Of a DNA stretch of 64,000 nucleotides, positions 9,096 through 18,656 are shown piece by piece; the first letter of the stretch is position 1; every line of letters begins with the position of its first letter. Source of the DNA: Thermoanaerobaculia bacterium (lineage in GTDB: Bacteria; Acidobacteriota; Thermoanaerobaculia; Gp7-AA8); the NCBI GenBank assembly GCA_044866315.1, contig JBIOTX010000233.1:3444-67443 (forward strand). The letters run 5' to 3'. The notes beneath the pieces are model-generated. The model was not told where the DNA came from. It searched no databases and was given only the letters and a program-made list of their open reading frames with translations. Made by a program: the position numbers and the translations under genes.

Positions 9096-9743
9096 ATGAA
9101 CACTCTTGCCCGTAGTGCCGGCATCCTCGTTCTATTGATGTTGGGAACGTCCCCGGTCGCAGCCGCGGTCATCGAGGCCTGCGTCCACAACACCAACGGC
9201 AACACGCGCATCGTCTCCGCGACGACGGCCTGCCACGCCACCGAGACGCGCATTCAGTGGAACAGCGAAGGCCCTGCCGGGCCTCCGGGACCCGCCGGGC
9301 CTCCGGGACCTGCCGGTGAGGACGGCGAGGACGCCGCCAGCGGCCCGCCGTTCGTGTGGGTGTGCACGAACATCAACTGGAACAATGCCGGCAGCGCCAA
9401 TGCCACGCTGATGGTGTTCAACGGCAGCGCGGCGACGGCGAACGTGTCCGCGCAGTGGCTGAACAAGGACGGCGTGAACCTGGCCGGGGTCACCGTTCCC
9501 GGCGCCCCCATCCCGCCCGGCGATCCCGCGCCGGTGTACCCGGGCGAGACCGGCGCGACGACCGTTCCCGTGGCTGCCAGCAACACGCGCGTGGTGCAGT
9601 GGTTCACCGGGATCGGCAACGTCGCGGCCGGCGGGAACATCCCCGCCGTGATCCGGGTGACCTCGGATCAGAAGATCGTGGTCGGGACGATGATCCAGTT
9701 GACCACGTTCCACGCGGTGCCGTGCTCGCTCGTGCAGAACTGA
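9096..9743 (+). CDS. secreted protein with a short collagen-like G-P-X tract
   Basis: 215-aa ORF with AAGGAGAG upstream. It has a signal-peptide-like N-terminus (LVLLMLGTSPVAAA), then GPAGPPGPAGPPGPAGEDGED, then a Cys-containing beta-rich C-terminal domain. Confidence 0.75.
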   Translation: MNTLARSAGILVLLMLGTSPVAAAVIEACVHNTNGNTRIVSATTACHATETRIQWNSEGPAGPPGPAGPPGPAGEDGEDAASGPPFVWVCTNINWNNAGSANATLMVFNGSAATANVSAQWLNKDGVNLAGVTVPGAPIPPGDPAPVYPGETGATTVPVAASNTRVVQWFTGIGNVAAGGNIPAVIRVTSDQKIVVGTMIQLTTFHAVPCSLVQN

Positions 9744-9755
9744 AGGTGAACGTGA

Positions 9756-9780
9756 AGCGGCGGGCCTGAGGCCCGCCGCT
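9756..9780. terminator. bidirectional stem-loop between convergent genes
   Basis: AGCGGCGGGCC-TGA-GGCCCGCCGCT forms a perfect 11-bp stem. It lies between the stop at 9743 (+) and the stop at 9788 (-). Confidence 0.7.
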
Positions 9781-9787
9781 CCACGTT

Positions 9788-12700
9788 TCAGAAGCACCGG
9801 ATCCGCCGGACCCGGTGGCCCATCCGCCGCATCCGGTCGAGGCGCTGGGTTTCCGCGGGGTAGACGTTGCTCGGGGGGCCGATCCGGCCCGGATCGCGGC
9901 CGATGTCGACGATGACGCCGCCCCGGCGGACGAAGCTGCGGATGACTCCCATGTTGTTGCTGCGGGTCCAGTTCGGCATGTCGATGTACGCGCCACCGAC
10001 CGCATTGGCCACTCCGGCAACCCGGGTGACGGTCTCACCGATGATGAGGACGTCGTTGCCGAGGTTGATGAACTTCAGCAGGGTGCAGGGGATGCGCGGG
10101 AGGTGATTGCTGACCCAGATCCGCGCCCGCAGCCAGACCTTCTCGAAGGTCTCGGTCTCGCCGGTGGGATCGACCCAGTTGACCGGGTCGGCGCCGACGT
10201 AGAGATAGGGGTGCTGGGTGTGCGGCGTGTCGATGTAGCCGGGGAACGGGTCGGCGGTGAAGAACCGGCCGAGCTCCGGGTTGTAGTCGCGCGCGCGGAG
10301 GTGATACGCGCCCAGGTCGGCGTCGAAGCGCTCGCCGCTGAAGCGATAGAGGTTCGGCGAGGTGCCCGTCGTCGCCAGGAGGATGCCGAAGGCGTCGTAG
10401 TCGTAGGTGTCGGTGATCGCTCCGGCCGCGTCGGTGAGGAGGCGCACGCTGCCGTGCCCGTCCTGGCCGAAGTAGCGCGGCACCCAGCTGCCCGAGACCA
10501 GGCTGCGCTGGCTGATCGGACCGTAGCCGTAGGTCACGGCGCGCTGGACGGCTCCGGAGACGATCTCCTCGACGACCTGCGTGAAGCCGGTCGGGCTGAG
10601 CTCATCGACCAGGAAGCGAGTGGTCACGCCGCCGGCGGTCCGGGCGACGCGGTTGCCGTCGCCGTCATACGAGTACGTCACGGCCGTGCCGATGCTCTTG
10701 AGCCGGTTCTCGAAGTCGTAGGTGAAGGTCTTGCCGCCGGAGGCGAGGGTGTTGCCGTTGGCGTTGTAGGTGTCGCCGCTCAGACGCTCGTCCGCGGTAT
10801 AGGAGTAGGTCGCGGTCACCACGCCGGGCAGCGTGGAGGTGCGGGTGAGGCGGTTGCCCACCGTGTCGAACGTGTAGTCGACCCGGCCGTTCCCCGAAGC
10901 CGCTCCGGTCACGGCCTCGGCGACGAGGCGCGTTGCGGCGTCGTAGGTGTAGGCGATCTGCCGGCCGCTGCGCTCCGCAACCGACGTTCTCTCTCCCCGC
11001 GGCCCCAGGCCATACGTGTATCCCGCCAGGATCGCCGCCCCACGGCTCAGGGTGACGCTGGTGATGCGATTGACGGCGTTGTACGTGAGGGCCGTCTGCA
11101 CGCCGTTGGGCGTCGTTCTGGAGGTCACGTTGTCGGTGACGTCGAGGACGTAGGTGGTCGTGCCCGCCGTCGGGCCGTTCTCGGTGACGGTGGTCAGGCG
11201 ATTGGCGGCGTCATAGGCGTAATTGGCCGACGCTCCGCTGGTGTTCGAGGAGCGCAGGGTGAGGACGTTGCTCGCGGGATCGTACGTGTAGCTGAGCGTT
11301 CCCTGCGGCGTCTGTTTCGCCGTCATGCGGTCGCGGAGGTCGTACGTGTAGGTGCTCGTTCCCGTCCCGTCCACCATCGTCGCTCTCGCTCCGGTGGGCG
11401 TGTAGGTGAAGAGGACCGGCGGCTCGGCCAGGATCGGATCCGGCCGGCGGGCGGTGAGGCGGTTCAGGGCGTCGTAGTCGTAGGTGGTGCGCCGGCCGTT
11501 GAAATCCACGAGCGCGGTGATGTTGCCGGCGGCGTCGTAGGTGACGGTCTCCACGCGGCCGAAGTTCCGCCGCCGGGTGAGGCGATTCAGACGATCGTAT
11601 TCGAACAGCCGCGTGTTCTTGCCCACGATCGCGGCCGCGGTCAGGTTGTGCGTGCCGTCCCAGGTGTAGGTGGTGGTCTCGCCGAGAGGATTGGTGACGG
11701 AGATCAGGTTGCCGGTCGGGTCCCAGACGTAGGTCGTGGTGTCCCCGGCCTGGTTCGTCTCCGTCAGCGGACGGGACTCACCATCGTAGGTCCGGGTGAT
11801 GGTCGTGCCGTCTGCATGCGTCACCTCGGTCACCCGGTCGCGGACGTCGTACTTGAACCTGGTCTCCCGGCCGGCCGGATCCTTGACCGTGACCAGCCGC
11901 CCCGCGCCGTCGAACGCGCGCGTGGTGACCCGGCCGAGGGGATCGGTGACCTTGGTGAGGCGCTCGCCGCAGGCACAGGCGGCGTCGTATTCGAAGGTGG
12001 TGGCGTTGCCGCGCTCGTCGGTCTCCCGGATCTTTCGACCGATGGCGTCGTAGGCGAAGGTCTTCTCCGCGCCGTCCGGATGGCGGGTCTTCACCCGCCG
12101 TCCGGCCAGGTCGTAGGTGTGCGTGGTGACCCGCCCCGCCGCATCGGTCTCGGTGAGCTTGTTGCCGCGGAAGTCGTAGGTCGACGAGGTGAAGGTGTTG
12201 TTCGCGAAGGTGGTCTTGGTCAGACGATTGGCGGCGTCGTATTCGAAGGTGGTCTTGCGCAGCAACGGATCCGTCTCCGTGCTCCGGTTGCTGTTGGCGT
12301 CGTAGGTGTACGTCGTGGTCTGGCTCAGGGCGTTGACGCGCGTCAGCATGTTGCCGAGCGGGTCGTAGGTGAACGTGGTCACGTTGCCGCGCGGATCCGT
12401 GGTCGTCAGGATGCGGCTCATCGCGTCGTAGGTGTACGTCGTGCCGTTGCCGAGGGCGTCGTCCTGGACGAACAGGCGTCCCAGCTCGTCGTAGGTGTAA
12501 TGGGTCGTGGCGCCGTTGGAGTCCGTCACGGTCATGGGGTTCCCGCGGCGGTCCACGGTCATGGTCCTGAGAGTCCCCAGGCTGTCGGCGACGCCGATGG
12601 GGTTGGCGTTGCCGTCATAGAGGATGGTGCGGATCTCGCCCAGCTCGTCGCGCAGCGTGGCCGGCCTGCCGAACTCGTTGTACGTCGTGCGCGACACCCG

Positions 12701-15700
12701 GCCGCCCGGATCGGTGATCGAGGTCTGGTTGCCGCCCTCGTCGTAGGTGTAGCGCGTGATCTGGCCGAGGGCGTTCTTCTCGGTGATGACGTTCAGGCTG
12801 GCGTCGTACTCGTATTCGGTGACGTTCCCGAGCGGGTCGGTGATGCGGACCGGCAGGCCGGAGGCGTTGAAGCGCTCCACGACCACGCCGCCGTCGGGGT
12901 TCGTGGTGGTGGTGGTGTTCTCCGCCAGGTTGTACGCGTAGCGCGTGGTGTTCCCGACCGCGTCGGTCATGCTCTCCATGCGGCCGTCGGCGGTATAGGT
13001 CGTGGTCACGGCCACGTTGCCGCGCGGATCGGTGGACGTGAGATAGCGGTGGCCCGGGTCGTAGGTGTAGCGGATCGGCGTGGCGATCCCCGGGAGGGTG
13101 ACCGTGGACAGGTTCCCGGCGGTGTCGTAGGCGTAGCGATACTGCCGCCCCAGGGGGTCGTTGATCTGGGTGATCCGCCCCTGGGTGTCGCGGAAGAAGG
13201 GGATGCTGAGGCCGGTGTTGCTGGTGATGCCGTTCGTGGCGAAGGTGAGCGTGTTGCCGTTGAGATCCTTCGCCGAGCGCAGGAGCCCGTCGGCGGTGAT
13301 CATGTACGAGCGCCCTTCCCGGTCCGTGTACTGGTAGACCGTCGGCCGGAACGGGTCGATGGAGAACGCGCAGGTGAGCTGGCCGCCGACCTTCATCAGC
13401 AGCGAGCAGCCGTCGCTGGTCAGGGTGCCGAACTCTCCCGGCTCGGGCTCGAACGACGGGAACGTGAAGAAGGCCAGGAAGATGACCCCGAAGGAGCGCG
13501 GGACGAAGGCGAACGACACGCGCCGGCCGGTCGAGGGATCGGTGAGGGTCACGCCGTTGGCCGGGTTCACTTCCAGACGCGGACTGCCGATCTCCAGCGA
13601 CCAGCCGAAGCCGAAGTCGCCGGAGCGCAGCCGATTGAGACTGTCGTAGCTGCGGCGGACCGCGATGGGCACGCCGCTCAGCGGCACGGTGAAGTCGGTC
13701 GCGGAGAGCCCGATGCGGCCGGGCTTGTTCTCCCCGACCACGACCACCAGCACGTCGCTCACGAGTTCCGTCGCCGTGGCGACATCCATGGTCTCGACGT
13801 TCCCGGAGGAAAGATTCCGGACCTTGAGCGCGGCCGACTGCTGCGCCGCCGCGTTCTTCGCCCGGAGGCGGACGATGTACGAGCCGTTGGCGAGGAGGGT
13901 GGTGTCGAGCGCGGCGATGGTGGCGCCCGGGCCGGCGGTGATGTTGCTCGCCAGCACCGTGACCTGCGTCGGACTGGAGATCGACCAGTACTCGACTACG
14001 CCCTGGACGATGGAGATTCCGGCGCCCACGGTGATGGGCACCGTCCCGGTGACGGTGCTCCCGTGCACCGGTCCGCCGATCCATCCCTGCGTCGTGGAGG
14101 GCACCGGAGGAGGCGTGCCGGGGGGAGCTTCCTGGGTCCACTCCAGCGTCACCAGGTTCGACCGAGCGGAAGTCGTCCGTCCCTCGGCCCGAGCCTCGAC
14201 GGTGTCCGTTCCGGTGACCGTCCCCTTGAGGGCGAACGTCGCCACGCCGGACGCGTTCGTGGCGACGGCCGCGGTAGTCGTGTTCGATCCGGTGACGAAG
14301 TAGTTGACGGGGAAGTTGGCGATGGGCGCGCCGCTGCTGTCGCGCAGCGTCGCGGTGAGGGTGGCGGTGGTGCCGATGACGTAGCGCCCCGTGCCGCTGG
14401 CCGCCAGGGTGAGGAACGCGCCCTGAAGCGACGGCTCGGGACGGACGGTCACGAGCACGGTGTCGCTGGAGGAGGCCAGGGAGTCGGTCGTGGTCAGCTT
14501 CAGCTCATAGGTGCCGGGCTGGGTGAAGGCGACCGTGGTCACCGGCGCGGCGGCATCGAAGAAGTTGACCGGAGCCGGACCGCTGACGACCGTCCACTCG
14601 CTGGTCAGGTGGCTGTTCACCGGCAAGCCGTCGTCGCGGACCTCGCCCTGGAGCGTGGCCGTATTGGGCAGGGTGACCTCGAAGTCGAGACCGGCCCGGG
14701 CCAGCGGCGCGCCGTTGCGGCAGATCGAGCCGGCGATGTAGGCGTAGATCCAGGCCAGGTCTTCCGAGGAGGCGGTGACGAAGAAGTCGCTCGGCGAGGA
14801 GACGATGGCGCGCATGGTCTCCGGCGCGACGGTGCTGATGGCGATGGCGATGATCCGCGTGCCGGCGGCCTTCGCCGCATTCGCCGCCACGACGGCCGGG
14901 TCGAGACTGCTCTCCCCGTCCGACAGGACGATCATGACCGGCACGGCGCCCGGGTTGTGGCGCACGCTGGTCAGCTCGGTCTGGGCGGCGGAGATGCCGG
15001 CGGCGATGTTCGTGCCGCCCAGGGGGAAGAGCGCGCCCAGCGAGGCCTTGGCGGCTTCCCCGTCGTGGGTCAGGGTCTGCCGCAGATGGGGGTTCGAGTC
15101 GAAGCTGACCACGCCGACCTGGTCGACGGTGAGATCGAGGTTGTCGATGAAGCTCCGGGCGGCGGTCACGGCGTCGCCGAGGCGGCTGCCGGCCATCGAG
15201 CCCGACTCGTCGATCACCAGGACCACGTCCAGCGGCTTCGTGCTGCCGCTGCAGCCGACCGACACCTGCACGTCGTCGCTGACCTCGAACTGCGAGTCGT
15301 CGGCGGTGAGACGCAGGACGTACGTGCCCTGCTCGGTGAACGTGGCCGTGGTCACCGGGGACGACGGGTCGCTGAAGGTCGCCTGTACCGGTCCGCTGAG
15401 CTGCGTCCAGGTGACGGTCAGCGGAACGCCGGCGGGCATGCCGTCGTCGGTGACCGATCCGCTGAGGCGGGCGGAGTTGGCCGGCTGGATGATGATCTGA
15501 TCGGGACCGGCGCTGACTTCGGGCGGCTGGTTGCTGGGATGGACGATGACGGTCAGCTGATCGCTCGCCGCGAATTCGCCGTCGTTGGCCGTGAGGCGCA
15601 GGACGTACGGACCCGGCACGGTGAAGGACGCCGTGGTGGCCGCGGACTGCGGGTTCTCGAACGTGACTGGGCCCGGTCCGCTGACGACGGTCCAGAGCGT

Positions 15701-18037
15701 GGTGACCGTGCTGTTCAGAGGCAGCCCGTCGTCGACGACCGTTCCGGCCAGGGAGGCGCTGTTCGGAAGGGTGACTTCCTGGTCCGGACCAGCGTCCACG
15801 ACCGGCGCGGTATTGCGCTGAATGACGGTGATGGTGGTCTCGTCGCTGCTCGACAGCGCCGAGTCCGAGGCCGTGAGGCGCAGGACGTAGGTGCCCGGTG
15901 TGGTGAACGTGGCCGTCGTGACGGCGCTGGCGGCGTTGGCGAACGTGACCGGGCCCGGCCCGCTCACCACGCTCCAGGTAATGGTCAGGGGCGGGCCGTT
16001 GAAGCAGCACCAGCCGGTCACCGCGCAGGGGCAGGTCGGCAGGCCGTCATCGGTGACGACGCCGTCCAGGGTGACGGTGTTCGTGGGCAGAGTGATGGTC
16101 TGATCGGGGCCGGCGTCGACCACCGGCGGCCGGTTGACGTTCGGCGGCGGGACGTCGTTCTCGGTGACCTGCAGGACGCCGTTGCCGGTGATGCGCAGCT
16201 GGTCGGTGGCGACCGTGCCGCGGAGGCGGGCCGAGCCCTCGATCAGGATCTGTCCCTGCGGCGCGCGGACGAGCGCGTAGGCCACGCTGCCCCCGCTCAT
16301 GGTCAGCCCGCCGTTGGAGATCCGCAGCGCCAGGTTGCGCGAGTTGCCGGAAGCGCCGGCGGTCGCGTTGCCGCTCAGCGTCACCCGCTCCCGGACGGTC
16401 AGGATGATCGGACCGACCACGCGCAGCTCGCTGGCGCCGGAGAGATCGAGCTCTTCGAGGTTGTACGTGGAGGGCGTCGTCGCTCCCGCCACGCCGAAGA
16501 TGAACGCTGTCTTTCCAGTGGCGAAGAAGCGGCCGTAGGTTCCGGCCGGCACGGCGACCGCGCCGTCATTGCCGCTCAATCTGACATTGCGAATGGTCGA
16601 CCACTTGGTCTTGATGTCGGCGATCTTGATGTCGTTGGGCACGTCCTTGGTGCCGGCCGAGGTGGGCGGCGGCGCGACCGTGGGGAGCGGGACCGGATCG
16701 GTGCGCGTGGTGAGGCGGTGGAGCGTGGCCCGGCCGGTGATGGTGATCGGATATCCGGTGGGGTTCGGACTCCCCGGTCCCTGGACCACTCCCCCGAAGA
16801 ATGGCGCCTCGGTGGCCGTGACCGTGGGAGTGCCGGGGACGAGCAGGTCGCCGGTGATGGTGTCGGTGCCGTTGAGCGTCAGCCCCTCGCCGAGCAGCTG
16901 CCAGAGGTTCCCTTCCACCCGCCCGCTGTCGAGGTCCGGGGCGTGCCGCACGACGGCGACCTTGTCCACGGTGCGCGGGGCATCGGGCTTGATCTCGGCA
17001 ACGCCCACCGGCGCGAACGCGATCTGGGTCCAGGAGTCGGCGTAGGCGATATTCGACATGACGAACGCCGAGCCATCCCAGGTCACGCGACGGAGATCGG
17101 CGGAAGTCGGCCAGTTGATGGCCACGATGACGTCGCCGACGAATGCCGACAGATCCGCCGCCGCGATCCCGGAGAGCTTCTGGGCCAGCCCCTGGCCGTG
17201 GACGGCGAAGAAGTTCTGATGCGAGGGGACGATCTCGAGATCGACCGGAGTGCGCGGCTCGAGGATCACCGTGTTGTCATTCACGCCGGGGTCGAGCGGA
17301 AAGCGCTGGATCGCGCCGTGCGCGTCGACGGCGACGAGGGCCGGGTTCTCCTCGACCGTGGCGGACAGGATCTTTCCCGCCCAGGGACCGTAGCGATCCG
17401 GCTGGTCCGGGACCACGAGGACGCCGTGCAGCGGAGCGCCGGCGTCCGCCACGCGCTTCGCAACCGCCTGTGCATTGATGCGCCAGATCTCGCCGAGACC
17501 GGTGACGGCGATGAGATCGCCGCCGAAGGAGCCAGTGGTATCGACGTGCAGACCACCCACCCATCCGAATCCCTCATCGACGGGATCGGTGGACCGGGGC
17601 AGGGAGACCCACGGCACATGCACGCGCGAGCCGTCGGGGGACACTTTGCCGATGACCCCATCGCGGCTGCCGTCGATCCCCGATGACGCCGCGGCGAAGA
17701 ACAGCTCGCCGGGCTCGAAGCCGCCGACGCTCTTCCCGTCGTTGCTGGCGGAGGCCTCGCGAACGACGGCGAGGATCAGCTCATCCGGAACCTTGTTCAG
17801 GTTCGAATGGCGGCTATGTTTGCCGTCGGCCGCGATGAGCTCGAAGTTGTGCGGCTTGCCCGTGGGCGTATTCGCCGAGACCACGAGCTTCTTCGCCAGC
17901 GGGTGATAGTCGATCCCGTAGTGGGCGTTGGCCGCGGTGGTGAGCGACTTCAGCGGGATCGGCGCCGGCTCCGCGGCGTACACGAGGGAGCCGAGAGCCT
18001 GCAGCAACAACAGGACTGCCAAGAGCGAGCGACGCAT
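9788..18037 (-). CDS. giant secreted RHS/YD-repeat protein with PKD, vWA and Ig-like domains and a variable C-terminal tip
   Basis: The start MRRSLLAVLLLLQALGSLVYA at 18037 is preceded by GGGAGG, and the track start 18253 is upstream of that. The protein has:
- about 5 PKD-like repeats (DAGPDQ...DDGLP...W..VSGPGPVTF);
- a vWA MIDAS motif (VVLVIDESGSMAG);
- dozens of YD repeats (YTYD..GN);
- an RHS core end (YLYVGADPVNWVDPTGE), followed by a 122-aa tip. Confidence 0.9.
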   Translation of the reverse strand: MRRSLLAVLLLLQALGSLVYAAEPAPIPLKSLTTAANAHYGIDYHPLAKKLVVSANTPTGKPHNFELIAADGKHSRHSNLNKVPDELILAVVREASASNDGKSVGGFEPGELFFAAASSGIDGSRDGVIGKVSPDGSRVHVPWVSLPRSTDPVDEGFGWVGGLHVDTTGSFGGDLIAVTGLGEIWRINAQAVAKRVADAGAPLHGVLVVPDQPDRYGPWAGKILSATVEENPALVAVDAHGAIQRFPLDPGVNDNTVILEPRTPVDLEIVPSHQNFFAVHGQGLAQKLSGIAAADLSAFVGDVIVAINWPTSADLRRVTWDGSAFVMSNIAYADSWTQIAFAPVGVAEIKPDAPRTVDKVAVVRHAPDLDSGRVEGNLWQLLGEGLTLNGTDTITGDLLVPGTPTVTATEAPFFGGVVQGPGSPNPTGYPITITGRATLHRLTTRTDPVPLPTVAPPPTSAGTKDVPNDIKIADIKTKWSTIRNVRLSGNDGAVAVPAGTYGRFFATGKTAFIFGVAGATTPSTYNLEELDLSGASELRVVGPIILTVRERVTLSGNATAGASGNSRNLALRISNGGLTMSGGSVAYALVRAPQGQILIEGSARLRGTVATDQLRITGNGVLQVTENDVPPPNVNRPPVVDAGPDQTITLPTNTVTLDGVVTDDGLPTCPCAVTGWCCFNGPPLTITWSVVSGPGPVTFANAASAVTTATFTTPGTYVLRLTASDSALSSSDETTITVIQRNTAPVVDAGPDQEVTLPNSASLAGTVVDDGLPLNSTVTTLWTVVSGPGPVTFENPQSAATTASFTVPGPYVLRLTANDGEFAASDQLTVIVHPSNQPPEVSAGPDQIIIQPANSARLSGSVTDDGMPAGVPLTVTWTQLSGPVQATFSDPSSPVTTATFTEQGTYVLRLTADDSQFEVSDDVQVSVGCSGSTKPLDVVLVIDESGSMAGSRLGDAVTAARSFIDNLDLTVDQVGVVSFDSNPHLRQTLTHDGEAAKASLGALFPLGGTNIAAGISAAQTELTSVRHNPGAVPVMIVLSDGESSLDPAVVAANAAKAAGTRIIAIAISTVAPETMRAIVSSPSDFFVTASSEDLAWIYAYIAGSICRNGAPLARAGLDFEVTLPNTATLQGEVRDDGLPVNSHLTSEWTVVSGPAPVNFFDAAAPVTTVAFTQPGTYELKLTTTDSLASSSDTVLVTVRPEPSLQGAFLTLAASGTGRYVIGTTATLTATLRDSSGAPIANFPVNYFVTGSNTTTAAVATNASGVATFALKGTVTGTDTVEARAEGRTTSARSNLVTLEWTQEAPPGTPPPVPSTTQGWIGGPVHGSTVTGTVPITVGAGISIVQGVVEYWSISSPTQVTVLASNITAGPGATIAALDTTLLANGSYIVRLRAKNAAAQQSAALKVRNLSSGNVETMDVATATELVSDVLVVVVGENKPGRIGLSATDFTVPLSGVPIAVRRSYDSLNRLRSGDFGFGWSLEIGSPRLEVNPANGVTLTDPSTGRRVSFAFVPRSFGVIFLAFFTFPSFEPEPGEFGTLTSDGCSLLMKVGGQLTCAFSIDPFRPTVYQYTDREGRSYMITADGLLRSAKDLNGNTLTFATNGITSNTGLSIPFFRDTQGRITQINDPLGRQYRYAYDTAGNLSTVTLPGIATPIRYTYDPGHRYLTSTDPRGNVAVTTTYTADGRMESMTDAVGNTTRYAYNLAENTTTTTNPDGGVVVERFNASGLPVRITDPLGNVTEYEYDASLNVITEKNALGQITRYTYDEGGNQTSITDPGGRVSRTTYNEFGRPATLRDELGEIRTILYDGNANPIGVADSLGTLRTMTVDRRGNPMTVTDSNGATTHYTYDELGRLFVQDDALGNGTTYTYDAMSRILTTTDPRGNVTTFTYDPLGNMLTRVNALSQTTTYTYDANSNRSTETDPLLRKTTFEYDAANRLTKTTFANNTFTSSTYDFRGNKLTETDAAGRVTTHTYDLAGRRVKTRHPDGAEKTFAYDAIGRKIRETDERGNATTFEYDAACACGERLTKVTDPLGRVTTRAFDGAGRLVTVKDPAGRETRFKYDVRDRVTEVTHADGTTITRTYDGESRPLTETNQAGDTTTYVWDPTGNLISVTNPLGETTTYTWDGTHNLTAAAIVGKNTRLFEYDRLNRLTRRRNFGRVETVTYDAAGNITALVDFNGRRTTYDYDALNRLTARRPDPILAEPPVLFTYTPTGARATMVDGTGTSTYTYDLRDRMTAKQTPQGTLSYTYDPASNVLTLRSSNTSGASANYAYDAANRLTTVTENGPTAGTTTYVLDVTDNVTSRTTPNGVQTALTYNAVNRITSVTLSRGAAILAGYTYGLGPRGERTSVAERSGRQIAYTYDAATRLVAEAVTGAASGNGRVDYTFDTVGNRLTRTSTLPGVVTATYSYTADERLSGDTYNANGNTLASGGKTFTYDFENRLKSIGTAVTYSYDGDGNRVARTAGGVTTRFLVDELSPTGFTQVVEEIVSGAVQRAVTYGYGPISQRSLVSGSWVPRYFGQDGHGSVRLLTDAAGAITDTYDYDAFGILLATTGTSPNLYRFSGERFDADLGAYHLRARDYNPELGRFFTADPFPGYIDTPHTQHPYLYVGADPVNWVDPTGETETFEKVWLRARIWVSNHLPRIPCTLLKFINLGNDVLIIGETVTRVAGVANAVGGAYIDMPNWTRSNNMGVIRSFVRRGGVIVDIGRDPGRIGPPSNVYPAETQRLDRMRRMGHRVRRIRCF

Positions 18038-18153
18038 TGGACCTCCCGTGATCTCGACGATGAGTGGTGTCGATACGGTAGGCGGGAGCGCGGAGCGCGC
18101 ACAGACTCGGAGGAGGGAGGAGAGAACCCCCCGGAGGAGGGGGGGCGTTGTAG

Positions 18154-18197
18154 GGCGAGCGTCCCGCTCGCCTCGCGCTGGGCGTCCCGCCCAGCGC
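18154..18197. repeat. tandem pair of GC palindromes with GCG-TCC-CGC centres
   Basis: GGCGAGCG-TCC-CGCTCGCC and GCGCTGGGCG-TCC-CGCCCAGCGC sit back to back, between the toxin stop and the RHS start. Confidence 0.7.
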
Positions 18198-18204
18198 TCA
18201 CGCT

Positions 18205-18459
18205 TCAGCTGATCAAACGCTCGTACTCGTCGTGCGTGCCGATCCAGAACCACACGATGCCCTTGGGCGAGTCTTTACCAAGCGCTCGGTGAGCGCCATC
18301 GATCCGAACGGACCAGTAGTCGCCGACCCTTTTGAAGTGAAGCGAGGGATGCTGGGGATCGGACTTCAGCAGCGCGAAGCTCGCGCGGGCGAGATCCTGA
18401 AGCTCCGGCGAAAGATCATCGAAATGTCGCCAGAACCGCCGAGAGGTGTGATGGCTCAA
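18205..18459 (-). CDS. RelE/ParE-superfamily type II toxin (putative)
   Basis: 84 aa if started at the TTG that overlaps the antitoxin stop (ATTTGA). The pattern HFKRVGDYWSVRIDGAHRALG...IVWFWIGTHDEYERL resembles the RelE/ParE-type toxin pattern as I recall it. Confidence 0.6.
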   Translation of the reverse strand: MSHHTSRRFWRHFDDLSPELQDLARASFALLKSDPQHPSLHFKRVGDYWSVRIDGAHRALGKDSPKGIVWFWIGTHDEYERLIS

Positions 18460-18656
18460 ATTTCTTTCGTCTCGCCGCGCTCCATCTCGGCGAGAGCTTC
18501 GGCGCCAAACCGATCGAGCTTCCCGGCCGCGACGTCTTTCTCCAGCTGCCGGTCCCACACCTGCCAGTCGTACTCCGTGAACCAGTCACGAAAGGTCGCC
18601 AGCTCTTCCGGACTCAACTTCTCGACTTCGCGCTCGAGCGCTTCGACCTTGGTCAT
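18456..18656 (-). CDS. type II antitoxin (putative addiction-module component)
   Basis: 66 aa from MTKVEALEREVEKLSPEELATFRDWF. It is small, acidic and helical, and is translationally coupled to the toxin ORF. Confidence 0.55.
   Translation of the reverse strand: MTKVEALEREVEKLSPEELATFRDWFTEYDWQVWDRQLEKDVAAGKLDRFGAEALAEMERGETKEI

Noticed and set aside
9815-17686. 2623-aa plus-strand ORF covering most of the RHS gene.
   Set aside because: It is antisense to a gene with unmistakable PKD, vWA and YD motifs. Its translation is low-complexity and rich in R, G, D, A and V, with no motif. It is a typical stop-poor shadow frame of a high-GC3 gene.
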